A DNA stretch of 64,000 nucleotides from an uncultured Candidatus Saccharibacteria bacterium (GCA_964419835.1 CAYQPT010000003.1:799-64798); one strand, 5' to 3'; counted from the stretch's first letter, positions 19,719 to 30,308 are shown. Numbers and translations: made by a program. Notes: a model not told the origin generated them from the letters alone.

Positions 19719-20239
19719 ATGAATTTTATGTTTAGAAGAACTTTTTGGGGAATTTTAATTGTGCTAATTGGGGTGCTTTACATTATAAATAATATCTTTG
19801 GGACTAATATTCCGGTCTGGAACATTTTCTGGCCTTTTGTAATTATTATGGTCGGAATTAGTTTGCTTTATGGCCACCGCGGTATTAAAACCGAGAGTCA
19901 GATAATTTTTGATGAGGGCGATTTGGAAATTTCTTCGGAAAACCGTGATTACAGCACGGTTTTCGGTAGCAGTACATATGACTTTCGTAAGATCAAGCTA
20001 AACAAAAAAACCATAAATATTGAAGCCAGTACCGTATTTGGCGCAACCAAAATTCTAATAGATGAGAAAATACCGATGCGGATAAAAGCAAGCAGCGCTT
20101 TCGGTGGAGTCAAGCTTCCTGATGGCAGCACAGTGGCATTTAGCGAAAGAGAGTACTTTACAAAATCTTATAAAAAAATACTCCGCATGTAAATGTTAAT
20201 GTGAGTGCCGTATTTGGCGGGACAGAAATAATCTCATAA
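19719..20239 (+). CDS. LiaF-like cell-envelope stress membrane protein; frame breaks in an A7 run at 20172-20178
   Basis: FWGILIVLIG and FWPFVII TMs; S(T/A)xFG repeats; an eighth A would extend the protein with NTPHVNVNVSAVFGGTEIIS to TAA 20239. Confidence 0.75.
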
Positions 20240-20318
20240 ACCAAGTTAATTTTGAACTAATTTTTCAAAACTGCCGACTTTTTGGTATAATTTAATCGAA
20301 CTAATTTTGTGAGGGGAA

Positions 20319-21137
20319 ATGTTGGATGTTTCTGGAAAAATTTTAGGTATCTCGGATAAAGCGAGTTATTTTTACGATAATTTGCGTTTAAATTCCAGTC
20401 CGCTTCTTATATTGGACATTTTAATTGTGGCCGTCCTATTTTATTGGGTTTATATTTTTCTAAAAGAAACACGGGCAATGCGAATTCTTTATGGGCTGGT
20501 ATTCTTGCTTATTTTGATGGCAGTGGGAAAGCTTTTCAATCTTATCTTGCTTAACTGGCTCCTAAAAAGTTTAATGGCGATGCTCATTGTTGCTATCCCC
20601 GTCGTTTTTCAGCCGGAGCTTAGAAATGCCCTTGAGAAACTGGGCCGGTCAAAGCTCTTGGGTGAACTAATAGGTAGAGAAGATTTTGACCGTGTCATAA
20701 ATGAGATCGTTTCCGCTGCATCAACATTGTCCGACAAGCGGATTGGGGCGCTCATCATTTTAAAAAGACAAACAGGGCTTAAGGAATATATCGATAACGG
20801 AGTTCCTGTAAATGCACCTGTTTCAGCAAAGCTTCTTTTATCAATCTTTTTTCCCCGTTCGCCTATGCATGATGGCGCAGTCATTATATCGGGGGAGAAA
20901 ATTCTTTCCGCCTGCTCAATCCTTCCTGTCTCGCAGGTCAGTTTAAGTTCAAATTTGGGAACGCGTCATAAAGCCGGAATTGGCATTACGGAAGTTTCTG
21001 ATGCCATCGCAATAATCGTTTCTGAGGAAACGGGGTCAATTTCTGTGGCCGTAGGGGGTAAACTCGAGCAAAGAATCTCGGAGGAAAAATTAAAAAACCG
21101 TTTAATTTCATTCTCAGGACAAAAAAAGAGTAAATAA
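20319..21137 (+). CDS. dacA: Diadenylate cyclase CdaA/DacA
   Basis: Three TMs, VFQPELR, HDGA, GTRHKA and VSEETG. Confidence 0.95.
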   Translation: MLDVSGKILGISDKASYFYDNLRLNSSPLLILDILIVAVLFYWVYIFLKETRAMRILYGLVFLLILMAVGKLFNLILLNWLLKSLMAMLIVAIPVVFQPELRNALEKLGRSKLLGELIGREDFDRVINEIVSAASTLSDKRIGALIILKRQTGLKEYIDNGVPVNAPVSAKLLLSIFFPRSPMHDGAVIISGEKILSACSILPVSQVSLSSNLGTRHKAGIGITEVSDAIAIIVSEETGSISVAVGGKLEQRISEEKLKNRLISFSGQKKSK

Positions 21138-21138
21138 T

Positions 21139-22362
21139 ATGTGGAAAATAATTACCAAAAATTTGTGGATAAAAATATTCTGCCTTTTAGCGGCGGCCGG
21201 GCTTTGGCTTTACATTGCCTCCGGACAAAATTCTGTTGGCAAGTTCCCCGGCAGTATAACAGTTCGCGCCATAAATGTTCCAGCAGGATTGGTTGCCACT
21301 TACGACATAAAAACAGTTAATATAAAGGTAATGGGGGATTCTTCCGTATGGCGCAAATTATCCTCAGACACTTTTTCGGCATATGTTGATTTGTCGGCGC
21401 ACTCGGAAGGAACATATGAACTCCCGGTTAATGTTGTTTCTTCGGTGCAGGGTGTACAAATTGTGGAAAAGGATCCAGAGAAAATATTTGTGAGCTTGGA
21501 GCCGGTTATTTCTAAAAAAGTTAATGTTAATAAAAAAATTGAAGGAAGTGCAGGCGAGGGATTGGTGGCTGGCAATATTGATCTTGACCCAACAGAGGTT
21601 GATGCAAAGGGTCCAAAGAGCTTAATAGATAAACTCACCGAAGCTACTGCAACCATAAATCTAAATGGCGAGACAGATAACTTTACAAAAACGGTTTCTG
21701 TTGTCGCATATGATGAAAATGGTGATCCTGAAAATAACATTGAATTTGTTCCGGCTGAGGTAAAAGCGTCTGTTTCCATCGTTAAAGCATCAAACAATAA
21801 AACAGTCGGGATTAAAGTTTTAACTAGTGGTTCGCCCAAATCCGGCTATTTTGTATCAGACATTTCGACGACTCCGGCCACCGTCGACATTACCGGTCCG
21901 GCTGACATTTTAGTTAAAACCAGTTACGCCGAGACCTTTAGCGTCGACATAGGCGGTGCTTCCTTGGATATGGAAAAAAGCGTGTCATTAAATTTAAAAG
22001 ATGGGATAGCTCTGCAAGCCGGTACGACGCCTAAAATATTGGTGAAAATTAAATTTAGCCGTGCCGATATATCGAAGGAAATGACCGCTAACATTACGGC
22101 AAAAAATCTCGATTCGTCATATTACTTAAGTTCTGTTAACCCGATTCAGATAAATGTAACATGCTCCGGCCCCGCTGATTTAATTGCTAATCTGAAAAAT
22201 TCTGATGTCAATCTGGCACTTGATTTTGCAGACAAAAGAATTTTATCCGGTGCCGTTTACAACTTTGAATTAAGCGCAAAAAACTTCTCTGTTCCTGACG
22301 GAGTATCCGTCTCGAGTATTGTCCCCTCATCAGTCAGTGTTGCAGTAGACAAAAAACACTAA
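21139..22362 (+). CDS. cdaR: CdaR/YbbR-like regulator of diadenylate cyclase
   Basis: NLWIKI..LW N-terminal anchor, repeated YbbR-type beta modules, 1 nt downstream of dacA. Confidence 0.85.
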   Translation: MWKIITKNLWIKIFCLLAAAGLWLYIASGQNSVGKFPGSITVRAINVPAGLVATYDIKTVNIKVMGDSSVWRKLSSDTFSAYVDLSAHSEGTYELPVNVVSSVQGVQIVEKDPEKIFVSLEPVISKKVNVNKKIEGSAGEGLVAGNIDLDPTEVDAKGPKSLIDKLTEATATINLNGETDNFTKTVSVVAYDENGDPENNIEFVPAEVKASVSIVKASNNKTVGIKVLTSGSPKSGYFVSDISTTPATVDITGPADILVKTSYAETFSVDIGGASLDMEKSVSLNLKDGIALQAGTTPKILVKIKFSRADISKEMTANITAKNLDSSYYLSSVNPIQINVTCSGPADLIANLKNSDVNLALDFADKRILSGAVYNFELSAKNFSVPDGVSVSSIVPSSVSVAVDKKH

Positions 22363-22455
22363 TTTTTTCTATTTATCCCCGCTAAAAGAAGATTTTTTGC
22401 TAATATTTCTGTATTTCAAAAAGGATATCTTGGTTGAAAAATTTGATTTGGGATA

Positions 22456-22522
22456 ACCCTTCCGTAGCTCATTCAGCAGATTGATACAAGTCATAGTTGC
22501 CCTATAGAGGGCGAAGGAGGGT
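22456..22522. repeat. REP-like inverted-repeat element
   Basis: acccttccgtagctc ... gggcgaaggagggt termini. Confidence 0.5.
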
Positions 22523-22577
22523 CTACGATATTTTATTAGCTGCAGTGTTAAAAAAATGCATCGCTTGTCTTATGGGC

Positions 22578-22605
22578 TTGACAAAAACCAACCGTTTGCT
22601 AAACT
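22578..22605 (+). promoter_or_regulatory. Promoter of the LysM/CHAP gene
   Basis: TTGACA-16 nt-(TGc)TAAACT. Confidence 0.55.
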
Positions 22606-22642
22606 TAACCCTTGTATCGTCCAAAAAACGATATAAAAAACT

Positions 22643-23755
22643 ATGGCATTACTAGAAGAAATCGAACCTCCGTCGTATAAAAATACTACGGATAAAACAA
22701 AAAATCTAAAAAAAGACACTGAAAATAAATATCAGCTTGTTCCTTCCGCCAGCTGGCGGATTCAACTATTCCTGACAAGAAGTTTTGATAAAATCCGAAC
22801 CATTTCGGGTAGTTTCAAAACCCTTTCTTCCTACTCTCTAAGATCTGTCAGGAATTTTATTTTGAGCAATAAATACCTACCTCACGCAGTATTGGCCGTG
22901 CTGGGTCTTTTGGTTGCGATGACGAATCTTGGCGAGAAATTGCAGGCAAACGCATTTTATCAGGACATTGTTTCAACAGGTCCTGACGCTGAGTTTGCAG
23001 TTGCCAGCGCTGTCAGCCCATTTACTCCGCTTATTAAAAATGCCCCTGAGCTTGTGGACAAAGCCGCTGCCGCCTCAGTTTCGTCGGATGGATTTACAAG
23101 CGCCACTACCTCTGTTGATACCATAATCACGGCAAGGCAAGAGCCCTTGCCGGACAATTCCGCTCAAACAGTCAAATATACTGTTAAGAATGGTGATACG
23201 CTCTCAATGATCGGCATGGAATTTGATGTAAAAATCGCCACTTTAAAATATTTAAATGACATAAGTGATGTTGATATGCTGAAGCCGGGCTCAACCATCA
23301 AAGTTCCTCAAAAAGGATATGAAGTTTCCGCGTCTGCGATTGCCAAGAAAGAAAATGACAAAAAAGCCAAATTAGCCGCAGCTCAGAGAAATACTGTTGC
23401 CAGAAGCACCACCTCTTCCAGATACTCCAATACAACGCAAGGTGTTGCCACTATCAATGGTGTCAGATATGTTAGAAAAGCAAAAAGCAACGAAATGCAG
23501 TGTTACACATATGTAACATCACAGGGTTACGGCGTTGGCGGTTATGGACTGGCTCGTTTTATTCCTACTAATTCAAAATCTCCCAAGGTTGGCGGACTTG
23601 TGGTTACTTACGAAAGTTGGGCCGGACATGTAGCCGTTGTTACAGGGGTTAACGGAGACGGTACATTTAACATCCGCGAGAGCAACTATACCCACGGTTG
23701 GATTACAGAACGGACAATGTCCATGGGCAAAGGAATAAAAGGGTTTGTGAACTAA
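22643..23755 (+). CDS. LysM plus CHAP-like peptidoglycan hydrolase
   Basis: YTVKNGDTLS...LKPGSTIKVP (LysM); QCYTYV, GHVAVV and ESNY (CHAP Cys/His/Glu). Confidence 0.88.
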   Translation: MALLEEIEPPSYKNTTDKTKNLKKDTENKYQLVPSASWRIQLFLTRSFDKIRTISGSFKTLSSYSLRSVRNFILSNKYLPHAVLAVLGLLVAMTNLGEKLQANAFYQDIVSTGPDAEFAVASAVSPFTPLIKNAPELVDKAAAASVSSDGFTSATTSVDTIITARQEPLPDNSAQTVKYTVKNGDTLSMIGMEFDVKIATLKYLNDISDVDMLKPGSTIKVPQKGYEVSASAIAKKENDKKAKLAAAQRNTVARSTTSSRYSNTTQGVATINGVRYVRKAKSNEMQCYTYVTSQGYGVGGYGLARFIPTNSKSPKVGGLVVTYESWAGHVAVVTGVNGDGTFNIRESNYTHGWITERTMSMGKGIKGFVN

Positions 23756-23782
23756 ATAATTGCTAATTCTCCATAAAATGCG

Positions 23783-23811
23783 AAAACCCCACAGCATTGC
23801 TGTGGGGTTTT
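23783..23811. terminator. Bidirectional intrinsic terminator
   Basis: aaaaccccacagc-att-gctgtggggtttt between convergent genes. Confidence 0.85.
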
Positions 23812-23913
23812 CTGGCTTTCGTCGCAATTTTCAGCGACTCATCGGAACACTTGTGTGTTGAGCCAAGAGATACCGGGGGTGATATCTCAAGGGTAAATCT
23901 TGAGCCATGAGGC

Positions 23914-24312
23914 TCAGAAATGGGGAAAAGGTGAGGAAAGGTCGGGTGCTGGTATCCCGCGGATAATCTGCTCTGTTCTTTGCCAAGTTGCGGCATCTTG
24001 GCGCTTCCCCAAGAAGTCCGAGTATGACGCTGGTCCGTAGACTATGGCGAAGATCGCAAAAAACGCAATCGCGGCCCTCGTGGCCTTCTGTACATTTCCT
24101 CGGGTAGCATAGAGTATGCAAAATGCGCATATTGCCGATGCTACCGGGACTGCGATCCCTCTGAGAATCGCGTATGCGATGCTCGTGTCAGGGAACTGGT
24201 TGGACGCATAGACAAGGATGAGTGTCATTACAATACTTACGACGATCGCAAGATTGCCACCAATCATAGCCTTGCCAAGATCAGAAAATGGGTTCGGAGA
24301 ATTATCACTCAT
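23914..24312 (-). CDS. Hypothetical three-TM membrane protein
   Basis: RBS gaggtg before ATG 24312; three hydrophobic segments. Confidence 0.6.
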   Translation of the reverse strand: MSDNSPNPFSDLGKAMIGGNLAIVVSIVMTLILVYASNQFPDTSIAYAILRGIAVPVASAICAFCILYATRGNVQKATRAAIAFFAIFAIVYGPASYSDFLGKRQDAATWQRTEQIIRGIPAPDLSSPFPHF

Positions 24313-24337
24313 CTGGCTCACCTCTGATGAATTTATA

Positions 24338-24372
24338 TCACTATTGACTGAATTTGTCAATCCTGCTAATAT
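24338..24372. promoter_or_regulatory. Overlapping divergent promoters (obgE on +, membrane gene on -)
   Basis: + strand TTGACT(24344)-17-TAATAT; - strand TTGACA(24360)-17-TATAAA, whose -10 extends just left of this interval. Confidence 0.55.
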
Positions 24373-24382
24373 GAATATTATT

Positions 24383-25354
24383 ATGTTTATTGATCACGCT
24401 GAAATTTATGTGAAAGCAGGCAAAGGCGGAAATGGGTCCGTTTCTTTTCGTCGTGAAAAATATATCCCTTGGGGTGGTCCAAATGGCGGAGATGGAGGCA
24501 ACGGTGGAGACATCTTGGTGTTAGTGGACAATCACTGCCACGGATTGGCTCAGTACAACCGCGAGAAGCAGTTTATAGCCCAAAACGGACAAAACGGCAT
24601 GGGGAGTAATAAACACGGTAAAAACGGCGATGATTTGGTAATTAGAGTGCCTGCAGGCACGCAAATATATCATGAAGGCAAGCTTTTATTCGATTTCACT
24701 GAAGAAGGTAAGCAAATCACTCTCGCGAAGGGTGGTAATGGAGGTTGGGGCAATCAGCATTTCGCCTCCTCTATCAAACAAGCTCCAAAATGGTCAAAAG
24801 ACGGCCTTCCCGGTGAGTCTATGAAGATCCAACTTGAGCTCAAAACTATCGCTAATGTTGGCTTGGTTGGGCTTCCTAATGCGGGAAAATCAACCTTGCT
24901 CTCAGTTCTGTCAAATGCACGGCCAAAAATTGCCGATTATCCCTTTACCACGCTCGAGCCGAACTTAGGCACTATTAAAAATATTGATAAAAACATCATC
25001 ATTGCTGACATTCCGGGCTTGATTGAAGGCGCCTCAGAGGGTAAAGGGCTGGGCGACAAGTTTTTAAAGCATATTGAGCGCACTCAAATAATCGTCCATT
25101 TAATTGACGCAAGCTCGGATGATGTTCTTCGCGACTACAAAACAATCCGCAAGGAATTGAAGCAATTCTCAAAAATACTTATAAATAAAGTCGAAATTCT
25201 TGTTCTAAATAAATCTGATATCATCTCTGAGGAAGATCTGGCAGAGAAAATGAAAGTACTCAAGAAGAAAAAACTAAAACCAATCGCAATCTCAGCTGCA
25301 ACCAATAAAAACATTGCAGAGCTAATAACTAAGATGCGAGAAACAATCTCGTAA
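24383..25354 (+). CDS. obgE: GTPase ObgE (no C-terminal domain)
   Basis: MFID...GKGGNG...FRREK, GLPNAGKST, YPFTT, DIPG, NKSD. Confidence 0.96.
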   Translation: MFIDHAEIYVKAGKGGNGSVSFRREKYIPWGGPNGGDGGNGGDILVLVDNHCHGLAQYNREKQFIAQNGQNGMGSNKHGKNGDDLVIRVPAGTQIYHEGKLLFDFTEEGKQITLAKGGNGGWGNQHFASSIKQAPKWSKDGLPGESMKIQLELKTIANVGLVGLPNAGKSTLLSVLSNARPKIADYPFTTLEPNLGTIKNIDKNIIIADIPGLIEGASEGKGLGDKFLKHIERTQIIVHLIDASSDDVLRDYKTIRKELKQFSKILINKVEILVLNKSDIISEEDLAEKMKVLKKKKLKPIAISAATNKNIAELITKMRETIS

Positions 25355-25410
25355 ATATTCTTCGAGCTCGTCGAGAAGTCTAGAATAGTCCTACACTCGA
25401 GAAATATTAT
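25355..25410. repeat. Degenerate REP-like palindrome
   Basis: aatattcttcgagctcgtcgagaa ... actcgagaaatatt; a related half-site lies at 45001-45030. Confidence 0.45.
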
Positions 25411-25574
25411 TAAAAAAAATCTCGTATAAATAACAACGGCCGTTGCTGTCTCTACGAGATTTTTGTCTAAGAAATAATAAATTATAGTAAAATGAAATGA
25501 GGCCGCCCAACGGATGTCGGGTGGCCTCGGAAGTTGTCAATGGCAGGATCGCTTGCTTGCGAACTAGTAGGGCG

Positions 25575-26387
25575 TTAGCCGGACTCTCCTTTCCTCCATG
25601 GAGGGATATTCCCAGCTACCCATTCGCCCGCCATATCATCGATCACCATCAGTCTGGCGATCAGTCTGGCCTCCTCGTCCATGAGAACTTGTCCAGAAGG
25701 ACCCATCACTATCTTGTGCATCCATAAGCCCTCGAGCTTGGCGTGAATGATATCGATCTCGTGTAGTCTCTCCATCTCGGCCTCGGCTTCTGAGGGTTTT
25801 TTGCCTTGTAGGCACTTCCGCGTCAGACACCAAGCGTCCCACGGGCCGATCTCATCAAAGATGGCTCCTCCAATTATGTCTCGCAGAAGGAGACGGTTCA
25901 TTTTGATCTCCAGTCCCTCTGCTAGTTCGTCAGACTGCTCGATGCCGAGTTCATGAACATACCGGCGTACAAGGCTACGAGTTTTGCCATCAAACTCAAT
26001 GGAAGAATGCTGTAAAATAAAGCAGCAAAGCCTCAGCCTGTCCGGTCGACTTTCGGCATCATCCACGCGACGAAGGGCTAGCTTCCAAGCGGCATCTATG
26101 ATCTTCGCGTAGGGCCCCATCACTGTCTGGATATCGACCACCTCCTGGTAGCGCGCCAGGGCGTCGATGAAATGCTCAATGTTTCCACGGAAGCAAGTGA
26201 TTCTCACTTCGTCAACGAGTCGACTGATTCCAGATTCGGAAAGCCTCGTAAGCGCCGATAAAGTGGAGGCATCGTTTCCGAGTAGTCGGTGGAGGTAAAT
26301 TGCCCCATGATCTTCGTCGGGGGCATCTACTCCAATGGCGATTCCCTTCACAAAAGTGCTGATGCTTTCATCCGTCGTGAATTCCAA
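25575..26387 (-). CDS. Hypothetical helical protein, GC-richer than core genes
   Basis: 270-aa ORF with no recognised motif. Confidence 0.6.
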   Translation of the reverse strand: MEFTTDESISTFVKGIAIGVDAPDEDHGAIYLHRLLGNDASTLSALTRLSESGISRLVDEVRITCFRGNIEHFIDALARYQEVVDIQTVMGPYAKIIDAAWKLALRRVDDAESRPDRLRLCCFILQHSSIEFDGKTRSLVRRYVHELGIEQSDELAEGLEIKMNRLLLRDIIGGAIFDEIGPWDAWCLTRKCLQGKKPSEAEAEMERLHEIDIIHAKLEGLWMHKIVMGPSGQVLMDEEARLIARLMVIDDMAGEWVAGNIPPWRKGESG

Positions 26388-26519
26388 GTTCTTGTTTCCT
26401 CCTGCCTTGCGATAAGGCGAGTCGTTTGAGGCACGATTACCTCGTTATCCCGAAAGTGCGATACTCTCGAAACTGGTTCTAGATTACCATATTTTTTGAT
26501 TTAGTCAATTTAGGATGCA

Positions 26520-26592
26520 AGATTCCCACCTGCGCGGGAATGACAAAAAGACACGGGGATGACATAAAGAGTGGGGGATGACATAAAGAGTG
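26520..26592. repeat. REP-like gattccc-N-gggaatgac element plus three 19-nt tandem units
   Basis: agattcccacctgcgcgggaatgac followed by ggggatgacataaagagtg twice. Confidence 0.8.
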
Positions 26593-26668
26593 GTCAAGTT
26601 TGGGAATTAAATTAACGATATTATCCGCTCTGGAACTTATTATTATCTTTTGAAAAACCAGATCCATA

Positions 26669-26761
26669 TTGACAGGAAACCTAGCTGATCTATAATTCAA
26701 TGTGTAATGTTAACAACTAAGCGATAGCGATGTTGACAAGCTCTTTTTAATGTGCTACTAT
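26669..26761 (+). promoter_or_regulatory. Tandem rpoB promoters
   Basis: TTGACA(26669)-16-TATAAT and TTGACA(26733)-17-(TGc)TACTAT. Confidence 0.7.
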
Positions 26762-26939
26762 TCTTGCGTATAGACAATTAGTTAATATCCAGGTCTTTAA
26801 TGCGTTCTACCCTTCGTTTCTAACAATGAAATGAAAGCCCCACTCACACGGGGAATTTTTGTAGTGAAAATTTAAAAAAATCGACGAAAGAGGATATTTT
26901 TTCGTCGGAATCAACGAACATATAAATAAGGAGAGCGAT

Positions 26940-29900
26940 ATGGCAAAGAAAACTAGCGAAATGGAGAGAATTATCCCACGACCAGTTGAAGCATGGGAAT
27001 CACTCCCGAATCTCGTTGAGATTCAAACTAAATCCTACGATTGGTTCTTTAAAGAAGGATTGAACGAGCTTTTCGATGAAATTTCACCGATCGAAGACTT
27101 TACCGGCGAACTTTACTCACTTTCTTTCGGCAAATACTTCCTTGAGAAGCCAAAAGTTGATGAGAAAACCGCTAGAGAAAAGAATTTGACCTACAAAGCC
27201 CCTCTCCGCGTTCAGGTTTCCCTGCTTAATAAAAAGACCAAAGAAATCAAAGACGGTGAAGTTTTCTTGGGAGATTTTCCGCTGATGACCGATGTCGGCA
27301 CTTTCATTATCAATGGTGTTGAAAGAGTTGTCGTTTCTCAGATTGTCCGTTCCTACGGTGTATTATTTACTGCTGACAAAGTTAACGGCGAAAACTACTT
27401 CGGTGCCAAAGTTATTCCTTCAAGAGGTGCTTGGCTTGAAATCGAGACAAACTCCAAAGGTGTTATTTCGGTAAAGGTTGACCGAAAACGAAGAATTCCT
27501 ATTACCACATTCTTGCGCTCTCTTGGCATAGGCGACGAAGCAGAAATGAAAGCTCTCTTTTCAGATGTTGATGACAATGACGAGCTCAATTACATTGATG
27601 CAACTTTAGCTAAAGATCCCGCAAGCAACTACGAAGAAGGATTGGTTGAAACATATAAACGAATCCGTCCTGGTGACCTGGCTACTGCAGAATCAGCAAA
27701 ACAATTTATTGAAGCAATGTTCTTCAACCCAAAGAGATATGATTTGGGCAGAGTCGGCCGCTATAAGCTTAATCAGCGGCTTGATTTAAATGTGGAGAAC
27801 ACTCCTCTTAACAGAATAATGCGAAAAGAAGACTTAATTGAGGTTATTCGCGAGATTATCCGATTAAACAACACTCCCGGAGCAGAGCCGGACGATACGG
27901 ATAGCTTGAAGAACCGAAGAATTAGAGCCGTTGGAGAATCAATCCAAGGCCGTGTTCGAGTCGGTCTTCTTCGAGTAGAGAGAATTGTCAAAGACAGAAT
28001 GAGCATTTGTGATCCTGTTGAAGTTACTCCTTCCGCTCTTGTTAACTCCCGTCCGGTTGTTGCCGCACTTCAGGAATTCTACGCCAGCTCTCAGCTTTCA
28101 CAGTTTATGAACCAAACGAACCCGCTTTCAGAGCTTGAGCATAAAAGAACTCTTTCCGCTACCGGTCCCGGTGGTCTCTCGCGAGAGCGCGCCGGCTTCG
28201 AAGTAAGAGATGTTCACTCTACTCACTACGGTCGAATTTGTCCGATTGAATCTCCTGAAGGTCCAAACATTGGTTTGGTTTCATATCTTGCCTGTTATTC
28301 ACGAATAAACGAATACGGTTTTCTGGAAACTCCTTATAGAAAAGTAAAAATTGAAAATGGCAAAGCCAAAGTTACCCACGAGATCGTCTACATTGACGCC
28401 GGCACAGAGGAAAAAGCGATTATTGCTCCCGCTTCAGTCGAGATTGATAAAGACGGCTACATTGTCGGCAAAAGGGTAATTGTTAGAAAGTATTCCGAAC
28501 CGGAAATTGAAGATGCACTCAAAGTGCAGTACATGGACATCTCGCCTCGGCAGATCGTCTCGATTGCAACTTCACTCATTCCTTTTGTAGAGCACGATGA
28601 CGGTGCAAGGGCGATGATGGGATCGAATATGCAACGACAGGCCGTTCCGCTCATTTGCCCCGATTCTCCAATCGTCGGCACCGGAATGGAAAAGAACGCC
28701 GCCAAAGACTCCGGCCAGATTGCAGTAGCTGAAAAGGACGGTGAAGTAATTCATGTTTCGTCCGATTTGATAAAAGTCAGAGATAAAGACGGCCAAACAG
28801 AAGAATATTTACTCGAAAAATTTGTTCGTTCAAACCAAGGTACTTCCATCAATCAGCGTCCGACCGTTAATCTTGGTGACAAGGTTAAAAAAGGACAGGT
28901 TATTGCCGATTCCTCCGCTACAGACAATGGTGAATTGGCACTCGGCCAAAACCTTATGGTCGCCTTCATGTCATGGGGCGGAAACAACTTTGAAGACGCT
29001 ATAATCCTTTCAAACCGAATCGTAAAAGATCATGTATTATCCTCAGTTCACATCGAACAATATTCAATTGAAGTGCGCGACACCAAATTGGGTCCTGAGG
29101 TTTTAACCCGCGACATCCCAAATGTTTCAGAAGAAGCTCTTTCAAACTTGGATGAAATGGGTGTTGTCCGAATTGGCGCTGAAGTTAAATCGGGCGACAT
29201 TTTGATCGGAAAAATTTCTCCAAAGGGTGAAACCGAACTTACTTCAGAGGAAAAGCTTCTTCGCGCAATCTTCGGCGAAAAAGCTAAAGATGTACGAGAC
29301 TCATCCCTTAGATTGCCTCATGGCGAATACGGCAAGGTTGTTGAAGTTAAAATGTTCTCCAAGGAAGCCGGAGATGAGCTTCCAGCCGGTGTATATCAAA
29401 TGGTAGAAGTTTCAGTAGCACAGCTTAGAAAAATTTCAATCGGTGATAAATTAGCCGGACGACACGGTAATAAAGGTGTTATTTCAGTAATCCTGCCACA
29501 GGAAGACATGCCGTTTATGCCTGATGGAACTCCAGTTGATGTTGTTTTGAACCCGCTTGGTGTTATTTCCCGTATGAATGTCGGCCAGATTTTGGAAACT
29601 CACCTTGGACTAGCAGCTAAGCATGGCGGATATAAGATTGCCACGCCGGCTTTCGAAGGCATTACTATTGATGAAATAAAGTCACGGCTTAAGACAGAAG
29701 GATATGGGGAAGACGGAAAAATCCAACTTTATGATGGCGAAAGCGGTGAACCATTTGCAAGAAAATCCACGGTCGGGATTATGTACATATTGAAGCTTCA
29801 TCACTTGGTTGATGACAAGATGCATACTCGTTCAGTCGGTCCTTACTCAATGATTACTCAGCAGCCACTTGGTGGTAAAGCCCAGTTCGGTGGGCAGAGA

Positions 29901-30302
29901 TTCGGAGAGATGGAAGTTTGGGCGCTTGAAGCTTACGGCGCAGCTCATACTCTTCAGGAAATGCTTACAATCAAATCTGACGATGTTGTTGGACGAAGCA
30001 AAACATACGAATCAATTATTAAGGGTGAGAAGATACAAAAGCCGCTTATCCCAGAAGCGTTCAATGTTATGGTGAAGGAACTTCAGAGCTTGGGCTTAAA
30101 GGTGGATCTTTTGGCACCGAAAATTGATCCAAACGCAATCGAAGACGAAATAGTAAGCCCTGTAGTATTAAAAACAGAAAAAGAGGATTCTCTTCCAATT
30201 GAAAATGACGAAGATATTGACGAGAAGTTGACCGAGATTGCAGCTGAGCAAACCGGAGAAGATGAAGATATTGTTTCAGAAGAGATCGACGAAGATAAAT
30301 AA
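26940..30302 (+). CDS. rpoB: RNA polymerase beta subunit
   Basis: [50 protein letters not shown]. Confidence 0.99.
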   Translation: MAKKTSEMERIIPRPVEAWESLPNLVEIQTKSYDWFFKEGLNELFDEISPIEDFTGELYSLSFGKYFLEKPKVDEKTAREKNLTYKAPLRVQVSLLNKKTKEIKDGEVFLGDFPLMTDVGTFIINGVERVVVSQIVRSYGVLFTADKVNGENYFGAKVIPSRGAWLEIETNSKGVISVKVDRKRRIPITTFLRSLGIGDEAEMKALFSDVDDNDELNYIDATLAKDPASNYEEGLVETYKRIRPGDLATAESAKQFIEAMFFNPKRYDLGRVGRYKLNQRLDLNVENTPLNRIMRKEDLIEVIREIIRLNNTPGAEPDDTDSLKNRRIRAVGESIQGRVRVGLLRVERIVKDRMSICDPVEVTPSALVNSRPVVAALQEFYASSQLSQFMNQTNPLSELEHKRTLSATGPGGLSRERAGFEVRDVHSTHYGRICPIESPEGPNIGLVSYLACYSRINEYGFLETPYRKVKIENGKAKVTHEIVYIDAGTEEKAIIAPASVEIDKDGYIVGKRVIVRKYSEPEIEDALKVQYMDISPRQIVSIATSLIPFVEHDDGARAMMGSNMQRQAVPLICPDSPIVGTGMEKNAAKDSGQIAVAEKDGEVIHVSSDLIKVRDKDGQTEEYLLEKFVRSNQGTSINQRPTVNLGDKVKKGQVIADSSATDNGELALGQNLMVAFMSWGGNNFEDAIILSNRIVKDHVLSSVHIEQYSIEVRDTKLGPEVLTRDIPNVSEEALSNLDEMGVVRIGAEVKSGDILIGKISPKGETELTSEEKLLRAIFGEKAKDVRDSSLRLPHGEYGKVVEVKMFSKEAGDELPAGVYQMVEVSVAQLRKISIGDKLAGRHGNKGVISVILPQEDMPFMPDGTPVDVVLNPLGVISRMNVGQILETHLGLAAKHGGYKIATPAFEGITIDEIKSRLKTEGYGEDGKIQLYDGESGEPFARKSTVGIMYILKLHHLVDDKMHTRSVGPYSMITQQPLGGKAQFGGQRFGEMEVWALEAYGAAHTLQEMLTIKSDDVVGRSKTYESIIKGEKIQKPLIPEAFNVMVKELQSLGLKVDLLAPKIDPNAIEDEIVSPVVLKTEKEDSLPIENDEDIDEKLTEIAAEQTGEDEDIVSEEIDEDK

Positions 30303-30308
30303 ATAATT

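Noticed and set aside
22363-22642. c-di-AMP (ydaO) riboswitch upstream of the LysM/CHAP gene
   Set aside because: Consensus elements are not visible, and the candidate promoter leaves only about 30 nt of leader.
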